Part shown: piece by piece, positions 45,109 through 63,978 of the stretch
Layout: every line of letters begins with the position of its first letter
How positions within the stretch are numbered: the stretch's first letter is position 1
From: the human T2T-CHM13v2.0 reference genome, Homo sapiens
Length of the DNA: 64,000 bases
NCBI RefSeq assembly: GCF_009914755.1
Contig: NC_060935.1
Reading direction: 5' to 3' (one strand)
The notes under the pieces: generated by a model
Seen by the model: only the letters and a program-made list of their open reading frames with translations
What the model was told of the DNA's origin: nothing
Databases searched by the model: none
Position numbers and translations under genes: made by a program

Positions 45109-46244
45109 TAAAGTGCATCCATGTTTTGTGCTAAGACCTGGAACCACTTCTGAATATAACCAACTCCTTGCCCTGTGCATTTTCCACTCTACCCCATGCT
45201 TATGTTCTAGTCCCTATTTCACATTGCCCTGCACTGAAAGGTCATTTTCTTTTTTGGAAGAATAAATGCTGCAGTGACATACAACACAACATTGATGTTA
45301 ATAGGCCATAGTGTCTCAGGGATAATGAAGGCATAAAATTAAATGGTGAGCCAGCTGTTGGATTGGAATACTCAATACCTGTCTGGTCTGGAGTGTTTTA
45401 GAGGCCATGGCAAGTGAGCCTGACAAACTGGGCTTGATGGGAAAGAAAGCAAAGGAAGCATTTTCCATTTCCCTTAATTCATCCTAGAAGCAGTGCACAT
45501 GGGAACAGGAGTTGTTAATCTCAGTAAGGGTCCCGGTGAAGGATTCTGATTGTATTCGTCAGGGGAGAGGCTTGATGTCTCCCTAAACCGTCGTCAGATT
45601 TCCGTATTTCTGTAACCCTTGCCTTTATTGCTCTCCATTGAAAGGCTTGGGAGTAGGGAGCACACTGTTCTTTCTTCGTGACACTTCTGGAAACATTAAT
45701 CAGAACATCTCAGAGCTACTTGCCCCACGTATCATGTGGGGTCTGGCCCAGATACAACTTATATCTAGAGTACTGACCATTCTGGTGAAAGTATCACTGC
45801 TGTTACTCAGGTTGCAGCCATGGATTGATGTTTATAAGCCATAAATGAAACCCTTAGTAACTGTATGTGCTTCTGACCACCCAAAACAGAGACTCTGCAG
45901 GGAAGGCAGACTGAAGGTCTACGGAGGTGGCAGACCAAAAGTGTCTATTGAATTCTCCAAAACTTTTACCTTTATACTTTACTTTCTTCATGCTCCTTGG
46001 AGACTTCTCCCTCCCACAAACTGTTCACCATCCTCTGCCTCCCTAAGAAGCAGTATCGTGAAGTAGGTATAAACAGGGGGTCTGAAGTCAGGCAAGACCT
46101 GTGTTATTAGTCTCGGCTCCAATATTTACTAGCGATGTGATTCTGACATTATTCATCACCTCTGGGCTTCAGTTTCCCCATCCATGAAATGGAGAGAATA
46201 ACAGTACCCACCTCATAAGTGTGTATTGCAGATGAAATGAAGGG

Positions 46245-46935
<691 letters not shown>

Positions 46936-47133
46936 GGTAAAGTCCATTTTTCTAAAGTCCATGTATAAAGCTTAGCACAATGCCTAGTATATAGAAAATG
47001 TCCAGCCATAGGCGGTACAGTTAGTATGATGATCATCAACACTTGGCAAGATGTGAGTCTACCTGTGGACACTTTACGATGTAGACCAAATCTTAGAAGT
47101 CAAAGGTCCAAGCGGTTAATTCAAGCCCAATTA

Positions 47134-47742
<609 letters not shown>

Positions 47743-48399
47743 TCATCCTCCGATTCTCGTAGGCGTGCACCGTCACGGTCTAGGTCTCGCTCAGACAAGC
47801 CGAGGAAGACCACAGTGGCAGGGTTTCATCCTCGGCAAGTTGTTTACCATCTAGACGGCAGGGCTGACAGCTGCAGGTATCTCAGGAATGAGCAGAATGC
47901 CTCAAGCTTCACGTTAAGTGCACTGAATTTGTCGGCACCTCATGACTCAGTTTTTACCAGATAGCACCAAAAAAGTGATGACGCAAGAAGAGATGTCATG
48001 TCCTCAGAAGTGGGGATTACATATCTGTGGCCTCACTCTGCTTAAATGACAGGTCAGTTTTCCAGATCAGCTTAACTCTTGGTAGCCAGCCTGTGCTGTA
48101 GGTGGGCACTGAAGAATCTTCCTCCAGCATTCCACTGACTAGTCCCCTAACTGGTGCTCAGGTTAAGCTTCGACTACATAGGAAGAGCTGAAAGATGTGC
48201 AATGCTGAAAAGGACAACTTGAAAGGAACGAATGTTCTGTTCTAAAATTATTCTCTCCTTCAGATACAATGCCTCTATCTGCTCTACAGTTATTTTACTT
48301 CCAGATGAGATGAGGCAGACTGAGGTTTTTCACCCACACCAGCAGCACATTAGAATTACACCTAGAAGCACCGAGGAGAGCTCTTATGAAATAGCTCTG

Positions 48400-48985
48400 T
48401 GAAATGATGCAGCTGCTTTGCAAAATATCTGGCAGTTCCTCAAAAGGTTAGACATAAAGTTAACATATGACCCAGAAATCCCACTCTTAGGGATATTCCC
48501 AAGGGAAATGAAAACAGACGTCCACACAAAAACTTGTATACATTGTGCATTAGCAGCATATTCCTAAGAGCCAAAAAGTAGAATCAACCCAAATGTCCAT
48601 CAACTGATGAATAGATAAATCAAAGAGAGTATCTTCATACAATGGAATATTATTCAGCAATGAAAAGGAATAAAGTACCAATACATGCTACAATATGGAT
48701 GAACCTTTAAAATACCGTGCTAAGAAGCCATTCACAGAAGACCACATGTAGTATGATTGCATTTCTATAAAATGTCCAGAATAAGCAAATCTGTAGGGAC
48801 AGAAACTAGATTAGTGGTTGGGTGCCTTGAACTGGGGGAGTTGGGAAGGCAAAGAAAATGACTGCTGAAAACGTCCTAAAATTGTGGTAATGGTCATACA
48901 ACTGTGAATATACTAAAAACCATTGCATTGTACACTCTAAATCGGTGAATCATACGGTCCGTGCAATCTATAAATCTGCTTTTAA
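48400..48985 (+). mobile_element. Old L1 (L1MB-like) 3' fragment
   Basis: catatgacccagaaatcccactcttagg...caacccaaatgtccatcaactgatgaatagataaa. Confidence 0.75.
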
Positions 48986-49031
48986 AAAATTATCGGGGGG
49001 GGGTGTGGTCCGAGAAGGATGCATCAGTATA

Positions 49032-49328
49032 TTTATTTATTTATTTTGAGATGGAGTCTCGCTTTATCACCCAGGCTGGAGTGCAGTGGTGCGATCTTGG
49101 CTCACTGCAACCACCGCCCCTGGGTTCAAATGATTCTCCTGCCTCAGCCTCCGGAGTAGCTGGGATTACAGGCGCACGTCACCATACCCGGCTCATTTTT
49201 GTACTTTTAGTAGAGATGGGGTTTCACCATGTTGGCCAGGCCAGTCTCGAACTCCTGGCCTTAAATGATCCACCCATCTCTGCCTCCCAAAGTGCGGGGA
49301 TTACAGGTGTGAGCTACCAGGCCCAGCC
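49032..49328 (-). mobile_element. Alu, intron 5
   Basis: Reverse Alu consensus. Confidence 0.92.
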
Positions 49329-50029
49329 GCATCAGCATTTTTAAAAGCCTCCAGGTGGGATTAAACTGGCTGTCAGCACTGAGAATTCCATTCTCTGCCT
49401 CCATTACTCTAACAGTTGGTTCCAGGGGTCCTGGGCAGGGAGGCAGGTAAGCTGGTGGGTGGATCAGCCCACTCCATCTGGTGTGGTGTGGGGAAGCCTG
49501 GAGTTGACCCAATACTCACTCACCCAGAGGAGAGAGTGCCTGAAGGAAAGAGTGTCTGCCAGGACAACTGAAATGTCCACACCCCCTAGGGCCACAGAAG
49601 CTGTAGGGTTTCACATTTACTTCTGGCTCTAAGCATTTTAGAAAGAACTGCCTGCCCCTCTAACCTACCATATCTTGTCTCCACATCCTTCAAGTAATTT
49701 TTGACTTATCTAGGGCAGGGGGAATGTCTCAAAGAAGTAGCCCCAGGGTCAAACCTGCAAAAATTGGGCAAAAATGCCAAACCCAAAGAACATATGCCCT
49801 TCTGACCCTTAGAATGTGTTTGTCAGGAGAAAGAGGCTGTGTCTGCCTTCCTTTCAATTACTTGGTACAGACAGTGGGAAAGTGAGAGGTGATGACAATG
49901 GCCATTTGGCAGCAGAAAGAGGGCAGTACCAGAATGGTGCCATGGTGCTGCCAGAACATTTTGCCTCAAAGGCTGTGAAGAGAAGCTGCCTTTGCTTGCT
50001 TCAGTCATCTGCATGGAGCCACAATGTGA

Positions 50030-50339
<310 letters not shown>

Positions 50340-51054
50340 TACTTTCCACATTTTCTAGGGCTGAAGGATTTCTAGGGACACAACATTAAAGTTCTGCCAT
50401 CGAAGGGTAAAAATTAGAAATCTGTCTTGACAGCTAAGCTCTGGGTGTTAGCTGGGTTCCTGGAGGGTGGGGGCATGGGAACAGACTTTCCTGAAGACAA
50501 CTGTCTCATGAAATTAAGTGGTGTGACACTCAAAGGGAACAGCAATTTGCACAGCTGGATGCAAACCACAAACAAAAGAAGCAACAAGCAACAAGACTGT
50601 ACCTGCCAAATATGCCAGTGGATTCTCCTACAAGGTCCATGAGGAAAAAAAAAACAGCCAGGCCCCCGCCTATGGGGACTTGGGTCTCCAAAGGACAAAC
50701 ACACCAATGCAATTCCACACTGTGGAAACCTGCAATTCAACACTTCCCAATGTAGTGTGCCCAGAACACCAAGTACAACGTACTGGCATCTGATGTGGTA
50801 GCAATTCTCTCTAAATAAGTTTTTAAAAAGCAACTCGGTCTGGGAACCATAGACTAATAGAGATAGAAAGGATCCAGAAAGGCCATCTACACCAACCCCC
50901 ATTTGGAGCAGAAATCTCTTCCAGCTTATGCCCAACAGTTGATCAACATGACTGGTGACTAGTTTTCAAGATAGCCCATTCCATTTTAGGAGAGCTTTAA
51001 AAACAAGCTGAAATCTGTCTTCTCATTTCGGACTCCTGGAGAACCACTGAATGA

Positions 51055-51365
<311 letters not shown>

Positions 51366-51480
51366 GCAAATATTACTATTTTACAGCCATCTGTGTGTAT
51401 CTCCTCTGCCCCATTGTAAACTTGGCCTTGAATACAAAGACTCTCTGCTCTTCTCTGCATCCTCTAAACTCAGTGACTGA

Positions 51481-51778
51481 GGCCGGACATGGTGGCTCAC
51501 GCCTGTAATCCCAGCACTTTGGGAGGCCGAGGCAGGCGGATCACGAGGTTAGGAGATCGAGACCAGCCTAGCCACCATTGTGAAACCCATCTCTACAAAA
51601 ATACAAAAATTAGTTGGGCATGGTGGCACGTGCCTCTAATCCTATCTGCTTGGGAGGCTGAGGCAGGAGAATCGCTTGAACCCGGGAGGCGGAGTTGCAG
51701 TGAGCCGAGATCGTGCCATTGCACTCCAGCCTGGGCGACAGAGCAAGACTCTGTCTCAAAAAAAAAAAAAAAAAAAAA
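51481..51778 (+). mobile_element. Alu, intron 5
   Basis: Alu consensus. Confidence 0.93.
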
Positions 51779-53646
51779 GATTTCAAACAGTTTTCATGTT
51801 TTTCTGTTTTGTTTCCTAGTAGACTTCCTTTTGAGACATAAGATAATTGACCCTGCTGAATGACAGGGAGAAGGGATTTATGAGTCCTTGGCCAAGATAG
51901 TCAGGAAGATCACAGGAATTGACAGCAAGGTGTCATGAGGCTATGGTTCCAAGTGGGGAAAAGAACGGTGAGTCTGGGGCAGGCAGGTAAAGTCACGGGA
52001 GAGGAGGTTCAGGGTAATATGACTGCTTCTCCTGTCCTGCCACAGAGACCACTCTGTGCTAGAAGCCACTCTCCAACTTGACAAAGATACTTTAGACAAC
52101 AGTTCCTTTGGTTTTATTGTTCAACCAAGCACAAATCATCCATTTAAGCATTTAGTCCATCATCCCCTACCTTGTCCACAAGGACATCAAAAATATCAAA
52201 TATCTTTTGCAATGAAGAGCCACAATATTAGTGAACTTCCACTATTGGACTGGTAATTCTACCCAAAAAGAAACGGACTTGGGCACGTGTCTTGCATACC
52301 ACTAACCAACCTTGGTCATGATCCCTGTTTTCTCCCCAGCTTGTTCTCAAAGATCTGGCCTAATAACTTTTCCAAGAATTCATGCTAACTCTGTGGTTTC
52401 CAGAATCCACTGGGTTTTTTTCCTACTTGAAAACTAAGACATTTATCTGTCTCAACTCTTCGGTCACCTCTCTTATTCTCCATGAATTTCCCGGTTATTG
52501 GATAAGGAGGCAGTTATTTCATGTGTTTGCTAAATTGGTCAGAATATGGATTGACTCTTTTTAATTTAAAACAGAGCCATGAACTCAAATATTCCTATAG
52601 GGGCCAAGTAAGACAAGTAAAATGAAGGCGACCCTAAAGAATGAGACGATATTGAACTCACAGGGACGGCTACCCTGGCCACATCACCCTCTGACCAACA
52701 GAGGCAGCCACGACTCAGCTCTCCCAGCCAATAACTGTAAACAATGTGAACCCAGCATTGCTATACTTTTCCATTCTCAAAGAAAAGTAGGAAATCTGGA
52801 CTTTTTTGAGAGCACCTGAGTTATAAGTTCTTGCGAATAATTGAAATTTTAAAGAATCACTGTCGGGTCAAATAAAACACACACTCTAGATGGCACCACT
52901 GCACTCTAGCCTGGGTGACAAGAGTAAGACTCTGTCTGTAAAAAATATATATATTTTTAATATACATATATGTTATATATAATATATTCATAAATGTATA
53001 ATAAAATATATGTTGAATATATAAATATATACAGAATATATACTTATACATAAATATATATATTTTTCAATCCTTAGAACCCTAGGAGTCATTCATTAAG
53101 TTCCATCACCTTACACAAATGACAACTTCCTCCCTGGCCTCAGCTTCATGTAAAATGAAAATTACAGCACTTCCCGCATCAGACTGATGCAATAGGTCAG
53201 GTAAGTAAATCACAGTGCTTGGTATGCACTCAATAAGTGTTAAACTGTTGCTTATGTAGTATTATCCCCATTTTACAGCAAAGAATACTGAGGTTTAAGG
53301 AGACATTGCGTTATTTGCCCACAGTCAGATGGCAAGTGGCAGAGCTAGAGTTTGAGTCCAGGTCAGTGCTTTTCTTCCTTCCAAATGAGCTGGATAATCC
53401 TGGTGGTATTAACCCCACCCTACAGGTTCACTTTTATCATCATGAGACTTGAACGACTCCCAGCTCTTTTCTCCAGCGGGATGAATGAAATTAGGCATGC
53501 TGAAGGTTTTAAAGGTGAACTGGGGTAGAGGGAAAGGACTAGGGTAGAGGAGAGTTGGGGGAGTGGGGAAGGACAGGTTTGAAACATTCCCACTTTAGCC
53601 TTCTTCAGCTTCTACTTGGAGGCACAACATGTAGTTTTGCATAAAG

Positions 53647-54035
53647 CAGTGGTCCCCCATGTTTTTGGCACCAGGGACCAGTTTTCTGGAAGGTCATTTT
53701 TCCACAGACCAGGGGTGGGGTGGAGGTGGGGGTGGTTTTGGGATGAAATTGTTCCACCTCAGATCGTCAGGCATTAGTTAGATTCTTATAAGGAGAGTGC
53801 AACCTAGATCCCTCACATGTGTAGTTCACAATAGGGTTCATGCTGCCATGAGAATCTAATGTCGCCACTGATCTGACAGAAGGTGGAGCTCAGGCAGTAA
53901 TTCGAGGGATGGTGTGGCTATAAATACAGATCAAGCTTTGCTACCTCGCCTGCCGCTCACCTCCTGCTGCAAGGACCAATTCCTAACTGGCCACAGACCA
54001 CTACCGGTCCATGGCCCGGGGGTTGGGGGCCTTTG
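53647..54035. mobile_element. MER1-type hAT-Charlie DNA transposon
   Basis: Degenerate terminal inverted repeats; 8-bp TSD gcataaag/gtataaag. Confidence 0.8.
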
Positions 54036-54196
54036 GTATAAAGAAAGCACAAGGCTAACTGATGGAAATGGCTGCTTATGTGCAACAGAGCATGAAGTTT
54101 ACCCTCCACCAAAAAAAAAATATATATATTTATTTCTATTGAACTGGGAAAATAAGCAGAAGCAGTTATCAGCAGAGCATGCACTTTGGCGCTTCA

Positions 54197-54695
<499 letters not shown>

Positions 54696-55407
54696 CTAAA
54701 AACACGTACATTGAGATTTGGCTCAGGAAAAACAAAAAAACAAAAAAACAAAAAACAAAACACTTAACATTGCAAGAGTGGCTTCTTTAGAAATGATTAA
54801 CTTTGATATTCCACAGGCACATGAAGATTAATAAAAAGGAATTGAGGTTTTACAGATGAGGAAAACCAGAGCCGCCCTGGAATCCCTTATCAACAGAAGA
54901 AGTAAAAGAGAGAAAAGAAAAAGAGCCTTTGGAAGGCAATTAGCATTCATATGAATATTCAAAAAGGGGGAATTTCGGCCTGTCATTTCTCTCTCCCACC
55001 TCTAGTTATTGGCCAGGCAGGCATCCCCCCATCTTCACCTCCGTCTTCTCCCCTCTGCAGAGTTAATCAGATTGAAGGGAAGCACCTGGGGACATTCAAA
55101 CTCTTGTGTCTCTAAAACATGGAATTTACCCATCAACCCCTCTTCTCTCCCCACCCTCGATACTCAGGGCTCATACGTGAGATGCTGAAATGCCTGATTC
55201 TTTTCAGTGTTGACAATAAACCCCGCTGCAAGCCTTGAGAACCATCACCCCCTTGTTTAAGGATCTATGCTAAGAAACTATGCTTCCTTAAAGTTTAAAC
55301 ACAAGAGAAGAGGCTGAACACAGTGCCACTCATCAATTACATTTACCTAAAAAAGAAAGAAAGAAAAAGGAAAAAAGAAAATAAAAAAAGAAACCCAAAT
55401 CGAATCA

Positions 55408-56050
<643 letters not shown>

Positions 56051-56852
56051 AAGAAGGAAGGCAGAGGAAGGGAGGGAAAGAATGAGAGAGAGAGAGGAAG
56101 AAAGAGAAAGAACAGAAAAAAAGAAACACAGGGGAGAGAGGACCAAGTTTAAAAGACTGTAAGATAAAACAATCTGCCAAATCCAGACTGTGGGATATTC
56201 TACCAGAAAACTGACCTGCTATTTCCAATAAACCAATAGTCTGAGAAGAAAAGGGAGGAGGGGGCTGTTATAATATAAGCTAGACTTAGGAGAGGACAAC
56301 TACCAAATAAAACAAAATACAACAAAACAATAAACCTCCGTGTAAATACTGTACTCTGTACTTACTGTGTACTCGTATGAACCACAGATTGCTGGACTTG
56401 AATTAATCAGCCCTAAGAGACTTAGGGTCAAAAGATCCAGGAGTATTCCCTAGGAATTCTCAGTGGTTATGCCACAGTGCTTAGGTTTAACACTTTACTC
56501 AATGAATATCCAATTTCCCTGTAGCCACAGTAAAGTAATTTCAGAAGTCACTTTCATATGCACTTATCAGATCTTATTTGGGGAATGAATAGATACTGGA
56601 TTATCCACATTCAGAGCTGCTGGCAACCTGGCACAGATGCCCCTAGATCAACATAAATATTATTTTATTATTTGCTTGAGTGTGACATGCTCCATCTCTT
56701 TATTTTAAAAAGTAAAATTTAAAAAATACCAGAAATAATTAAATATTTTAAAATGCTTGGGATGGGAAAAGTCTAAGCATGATCGAAAAGTCAAAAACTT
56801 GAAACTGTAAGACAAAAACTTACTATTTTTACCATAAAATAAAAATATCTGA

Positions 56853-57232
<380 letters not shown>

Positions 57233-57409
57233 CAGAAAGAACTCTTATAAATTAATATTGTTACTAGATGATCTATCCCAGCTTCTGGCTAAAGCCAGCC
57301 CCACCAACTTATCTATGGAGCCCCTTCTCTCCCACCTCCTTCAAGGACACTGTTCCAGTGATTCTGTCCCCTCCCATTGACCATTTTTTTCCTCCTCTTT
57401 TTTTCCTTT

Positions 57410-57735
<326 letters not shown>

Positions 57736-58557
57736 TGATCATTCTCATCAGCAAACAAACATACAGATACTTCTATCTAAAGATAAATAACTAAATAAAA
57801 GCAGAACAATTTAAAACAAAACCACTCCTTCTCCCGACCTTCTTTCCCCAGCCAGCTAGAACCCCATTTTTTTGCTCCCTTTTGCAGCAGAACTCCATGA
57901 AAGCATGATCTTTACCTCCTCTCCTTGTCTCTTAAATCCATCTGTTTCAGGCTTTTGTCTCTTCCGTCTAATATATTTAGAGGTAACTGCAATTAATAGT
58001 CTGATAAATGTTTCCAGAATTTTTTCTCTGAAGATATAAATACACCTCAAAATGTTTTTTTAAACAGTTATCTCTGGGTGGTGAGACAACAGATTAATTT
58101 TCTTTTCCTCTTTATAATGTTTTGGTCCCGTCTGAATTTTTTAAAAAATGATAAGCCTGTGTGACTTTTATAATCAAGGAGAAAATAACTGTTTTCATTT
58201 TAGATAAAGTCGCCATCTAGGCATACAGAACTACATCTGTTGTTTTAAAAATGAAGAGTTAGAAATAAAGCTAGAATAAATAAACTTGTTCGCTTTTAAT
58301 AGAAAAACTCCTACTAAAATATGCAGTAGCTCCTTGTTTCAGAGAAACACTTTTCTGGATAACTTTTTATTAGTGTAGCTTCCAGATCAATGTTCTTCTA
58401 CCTAGAGGTTATGATCTTTTCTTGGGCAGATGACAGGCAGAAGGATAAATGGTGAGTAGAGGGTCTCAGAAGAGATCAGGGATAGGAGAAGTCCAAATAC
58501 TGCTTTGGATCATTAAGGTATCTTCCACTCATCTGATGTAACCTCTCCCTCTCCAAT

Positions 58558-58583
58558 ACACACACACACACACACACACACAC
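58558..58583. repeat. (AC)13 microsatellite
   Basis: Direct reading. Confidence 0.9.
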
Positions 58584-61500
58584 TTTTATCAATCCTCATT
58601 AACCTCACTTCACCTCCCTGTGCTACAATCACTGTTTCTCATTTCCAACTTGGCCCCTTCTCCATCCCAACCTTTCTTTCCTATCTTTCCTATTCAGCTC
58701 CTTTCTTCTCCAGATCTAAACAAACCTAGCATTTTTCCTCACCTCCACAAGATGAAAATAATTCCTTGCTTTAAAATAAAATAGTTAGAATCATGGTATG
58801 GAGGTAAGTCTGCAGAGCCCATAAATATTTTTTAAGAGGCTGAGAATATTTTCAAGAAGTCAAAGCTATCATGACAACTTCGTGATGGCCTATAAATATG
58901 CATTTGCTGAATTGAATCTCACCTGAAGCCAATCATTTTTGTAAGAAAGAAAATGACACAAATGTACATGCATGGACAGGAAAGGGTCTAAAATTTTGTG
59001 CAACATCATTATCATCATAGTTTCATCTAGGCTTTTGGGGGGAGTTTTAATTTCCTTCTCTGCGTAGTTGTATTTTCTAACTGTTCTATAATTTATACAC
59101 ATTACTTACATAATAAAAAAATTCAATACATTCATCAAATGCATGTCCAAAAATAAAAGGATAGAAAAGGCCAACAGCCAGGGAGGAGAAAGAAGAAGCA
59201 GAAAAGTGAGAAGCAAAGGAAAGAAGCTTCCGAATCAGTCCACACTAAGTGAGAGGGACACAGAGCTAAGTCACGAGTCTCCATCTTTATCAAACCCTGG
59301 AGTCCCATTCTTCGTTCTGGTTGGCAGGGTTAACAGACCTCAGGCCAAGTCCAATGCAAGGCAATAATAAAGAAAAAAAACTCTTTAAATGGCATTAAAT
59401 GAAACTTTAAACGGTGGAAAATTAATAACTTGTTGCTGGGGGTGGAGATGGAGTAGGCTCGGCAATGCTGATATTCACAGAACTGAGGCTCCCCACCTTC
59501 ACTTTGCATCTCAGGCTCCGGGAGCCACTTAAAAGCAAGCTATCTATTTCCAAGAAGTAAATCTCTTGGACGGATACCTTATGTTCACGAGCCCGCGAGG
59601 GAAGGTGCTGGGCTGTGTATTGGAGCTCCCAGCCAGAGAAGACAGCTATCTCTTTTGGCACAGGTTCTCAGGGATGAGACCATGTCTAGCGGGGATTTTC
59701 TCCAGATTCGACAGCCTTGGCCCTACCAAAACGCACAGCTTTGTTTTCACCACACATCACTCATTGTTGAGTCTTTTTTGTTTTTCCTCTCAAGCATCCA
59801 CAGGTTGAATACTGTGTGTTCCCAACAGCCTGTGAACTTCTTGGACCAGCAAAGGGACATTCATTTTGCTGAGCACTCCTTTCACATTTCTATTGTGTTC
59901 GATTTCCCACTCCCCCTACCCGAGTCCCCAGAGAATAACTTCTTCCTTGTTTTAATAACTTGGATCACAGTCAAGGTTGATGTGTTTCTCCATTTTGCAG
60001 GATATTTTCTTCAGAAGAGACAAAACAGAGGCCAACAGGGTAGGAGAGGCTTGTTCGGAAATCAGCAGCCATTGAGAACACACAGAAAATGTTTTCAAAG
60101 AAATAGAAAGCAGATAACACAAGGCACCATCAATAGAAGGCTTCAAAATGGTGGACTCATACTCAGAAAGATTCCCCAGCAACGTTTTCTCCCAGGGACC
60201 CACTTTAAAAATCTAATTTCATTTGTTTGGGGGTGAGGGAGAAGAAAGTACTTTCCGTAAAGTACCTTCTCACTGACTTAAATTGAAATACATTCTCCCA
60301 TTGGAGGTCATAAAAGTAGCTGTGATCCCAGTGGGTATGCAGAAATTAGAAAATGAGTAAAGGGAGAAGGAGGAGAAAGGAGCGGTTCAGTCACACAAGT
60401 ATATCCCACCTCTAACACAGCAAGTTTTCATTTCATCTGCCCATGTTCTTTATAAAATCCTATCCCCACCCATTGTAACACTGCTCCCTGACATCTAATG
60501 AAAGATGTCTCCGTGGACTTGCTTGGGATACAAGGAAACAAACCTATTCTTTGTGAAGCCACTTTTTTGAAACGAAACATTTTCAAGGAAAGAAGACCCG
60601 AACCAGCATTTAGTGGGGTTTAGTCTGAGGTGCATGATCTTTTAATAAAAAATTGATAATGCCTCTTTTTTATGAGTGATATGGAAATTACATCTTTCTT
60701 CTCTAAAACATGAACCAAATCACCAGTTTTTCCTGTAATAGATCAACCTTGTCACATGATTTTTCTTAACATTGATTTCAAACAGTGTCAAGACACTAGT
60801 TATGAATGAACACAAAAAGTTATGTGTCTGAATTTGTCTTCATGGAATACCTTTTCTCAAATGTATTCTCCATATTAATACTTTTCATACCATGGCAAAA
60901 GAAAGTAAATCCAGTATCACAAAGAACAATGACCCCAACCCAGATTGGTCTCCCCTGGGGAAAGGCCAAACTTTCTACTGGAATTACAGATTCAACTAAA
61001 TCCAGTTCTGGGCTGTTCATGAGTTTGGAGGAGACAGCCAAGGTGTCACCATGTTTGAATGCTAAAAGTGAGGCAAACTGTGGGTCATGACACATCAGTG
61101 GGTTGTAAAATCAATCTAGTACATCACAATCAGCATTTTAAAAAATGAAATAGGATAGAGAGAAAAAGTCAGCATGCAGAGCATGTCATAAGAGTATTGC
61201 TCAGTGAAAATCTATGTTGTGTGTGTGTATGTGTGTGCACATGTGTGTATATGGGATCTCACTGTAAAGGGTATTTCTAACTGTGGTCACAGTCTAAAAG
61301 GTTTCCACCCATTTAAGAAGCTCTAATCTAGGGCCCAGGTCCTGGAGTCAGACAGAACTGATTCCAACATGGCTCTGCCACTCACTTACTATGTGACCTT
61401 GGTTAGATAGCTTAATCTCTCCACCTCCTCAGCTAAAAAATTGGATGTGGCCATAGTGTCCTGGGGGTGTTGTAAGATCAGATCAGAAGAGGAAACATGT

Positions 61501-61719
61501 ACAGCCCCTCACACGGCACCCAATACTGTTTATATACATCCTTAGATAAATGTCCAGTTCACAAAATGGAAGCGGAAATTCGTGGATTTACAGTATGTTC
61601 TACAGTGTGAGAGAAGATGGTAGGCAATTAGCTAATTGTAATTTTTGCTCTGCAAAACAGTTGTTCTTTTGTGGAACTATCTGTTGGGCCATCTAGCCCT
61701 TTTTATAACAGCTCCCTGA

Positions 61720-62378
<659 letters not shown>

Positions 62379-62855
62379 GAAATACATTTTTATTTCAGAA
62401 ATCCTTTCTAAGATGTAAGTAACGGACCAATGAAAACTCTTCTCATTTTTTTCTTATGTAGGATTGAACAGAACAAATTGTTCACACTTTGTGCTTCATC
62501 CTTATAATACAGCTTCTGCCTCCTCAGCAAGTGACTAACAGTACATGTCTAAAGACCTTAAAAAGTATCGAAATTATCTTAACCATGGAAATATCCAGCT
62601 GCAAATACATGCCAAATTCCTTATCTGTAATTTTTGTAACTGAACAAACAAGCCCCTGTATTACAGCATGAAGAAGTTTTTGAAACTGAAATGTACTGCT
62701 CACTTCACAATCATGTTCTGTCTATCCTTGCTATTTAGCTTGGGGAAGGTTATCAAGTTCTGAGGAGAGGAGAAAGGAGAAAAGGAAGGGAGCCAGAAAG
62801 AAAGGGTGGGACCAAGAAGCCAAGGAACTTAAGACGAGTTAAGAACAGGTAGAAA

Positions 62856-63146
62856 GGCCAGGCACGGTGGCTCACGCCTGTAATCCCAGCACTTCGGGAG
62901 ATCAAGGTGGGCGGATCACCTGAGGTCGGGAGTTTGACACCAGACTGACCAACATGGAGAAACCCCATCTCTACTAAAAATACAAAATTAGCCGGGCGTG
63001 GTGGCACATGCCTGTAATCCCAGCTACTGGGGAGGCTGAGGCAGGAGAATCGCTTGAACCCGGGAGGTGGAGGTTGCGGTGAGCGAGATGGCACCATTGC
63101 ACTCCAGCCTGGGCGACAAGAGCTAAACTCCGTCTCAAAAAGAAAA
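62856..63146 (+). mobile_element. Alu, intron 5
   Basis: Alu consensus. Confidence 0.93.
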
Positions 63147-63978
63147 GAGAATGGGTAGAAAGACAGAATGCTAAAACTGTCAGCAGTCCCCCAGATGGAA
63201 GACAGGAGAGAAATAATTTAAAACAACAGAAAGCCTTTTCTTTGTGGTCCAGAGAGAGGAAGAGGAGATCTGGATAAAACTGCTGAAAAATTTGGGGGCG
63301 GGGGTGAGGTGAAGAACCTAACAGTAAGTCTTGGAAGATGAAATACAACTCTGTTGATTACTGAAGGATGAACCAAATAACAGGACTGGGCCCACACAAT
63401 AAAGAAGAAAAGAGGGCGGCTGGTTGTGGAGTTAAAGCAGAGAGAAGAAAAAGAAACAGCTACAGAAATTCCCCAAGGTGCAGGGTACAGGGCTGGGGAA
63501 GGTGCGAATGTTTGGGAATAAAAACAAACTTTGAAAAACAACAAAAAACAAGTCTTTTCAAAGCCTGGCCTCAGACTTAGGGTAAGTTCTCCCTGAGAGA
63601 TTTAAAGGTAAATAAAGAAGAAGCAAGTTAAGACTGAAAGCTTTGACTGATCTAACAGGAACATGTGGCATTATGGTTGTAATGCCACAAATTTAGTATT
63701 TAGTATTTTGTGAAGTATTCACAAAGAAATGAACAGGATGCTGCATAATTTTTTACATTGTTTTCCAGGGGCATGTTGATGAGAAATGCTACTCCCTCCA
63801 TTTTGTCCCCAGCATGTGTATGATGAATAAGAAGAGGTGGGGGCGGGGGAGAGAGATTCTTCCCATCCACCAAATGCTACCCTGATTACCCACGTCAGTC
63901 CTAACTCCTGCATTGCCCCAGGTGCCAGTCAGCAAGGCCTACGCCATTTGCTTTGCCATCTCCGCATTGTCCACTCAC

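Noticed and set aside
58207-58224. CTCF-like cores at ~58211, ~52886, ~47846 and ~59592
   Set aside because: Each has three or more mismatches to the consensus; much weaker than the 21884 site
59655-60236. 193-aa plus-strand ORF in intron 5, with overlapping minus-strand ORFs
   Set aside because: Non-ATG start, no recognisable domain, the antisense frame I checked has stops, and no poly(A)/TSD to suggest a retrocopy
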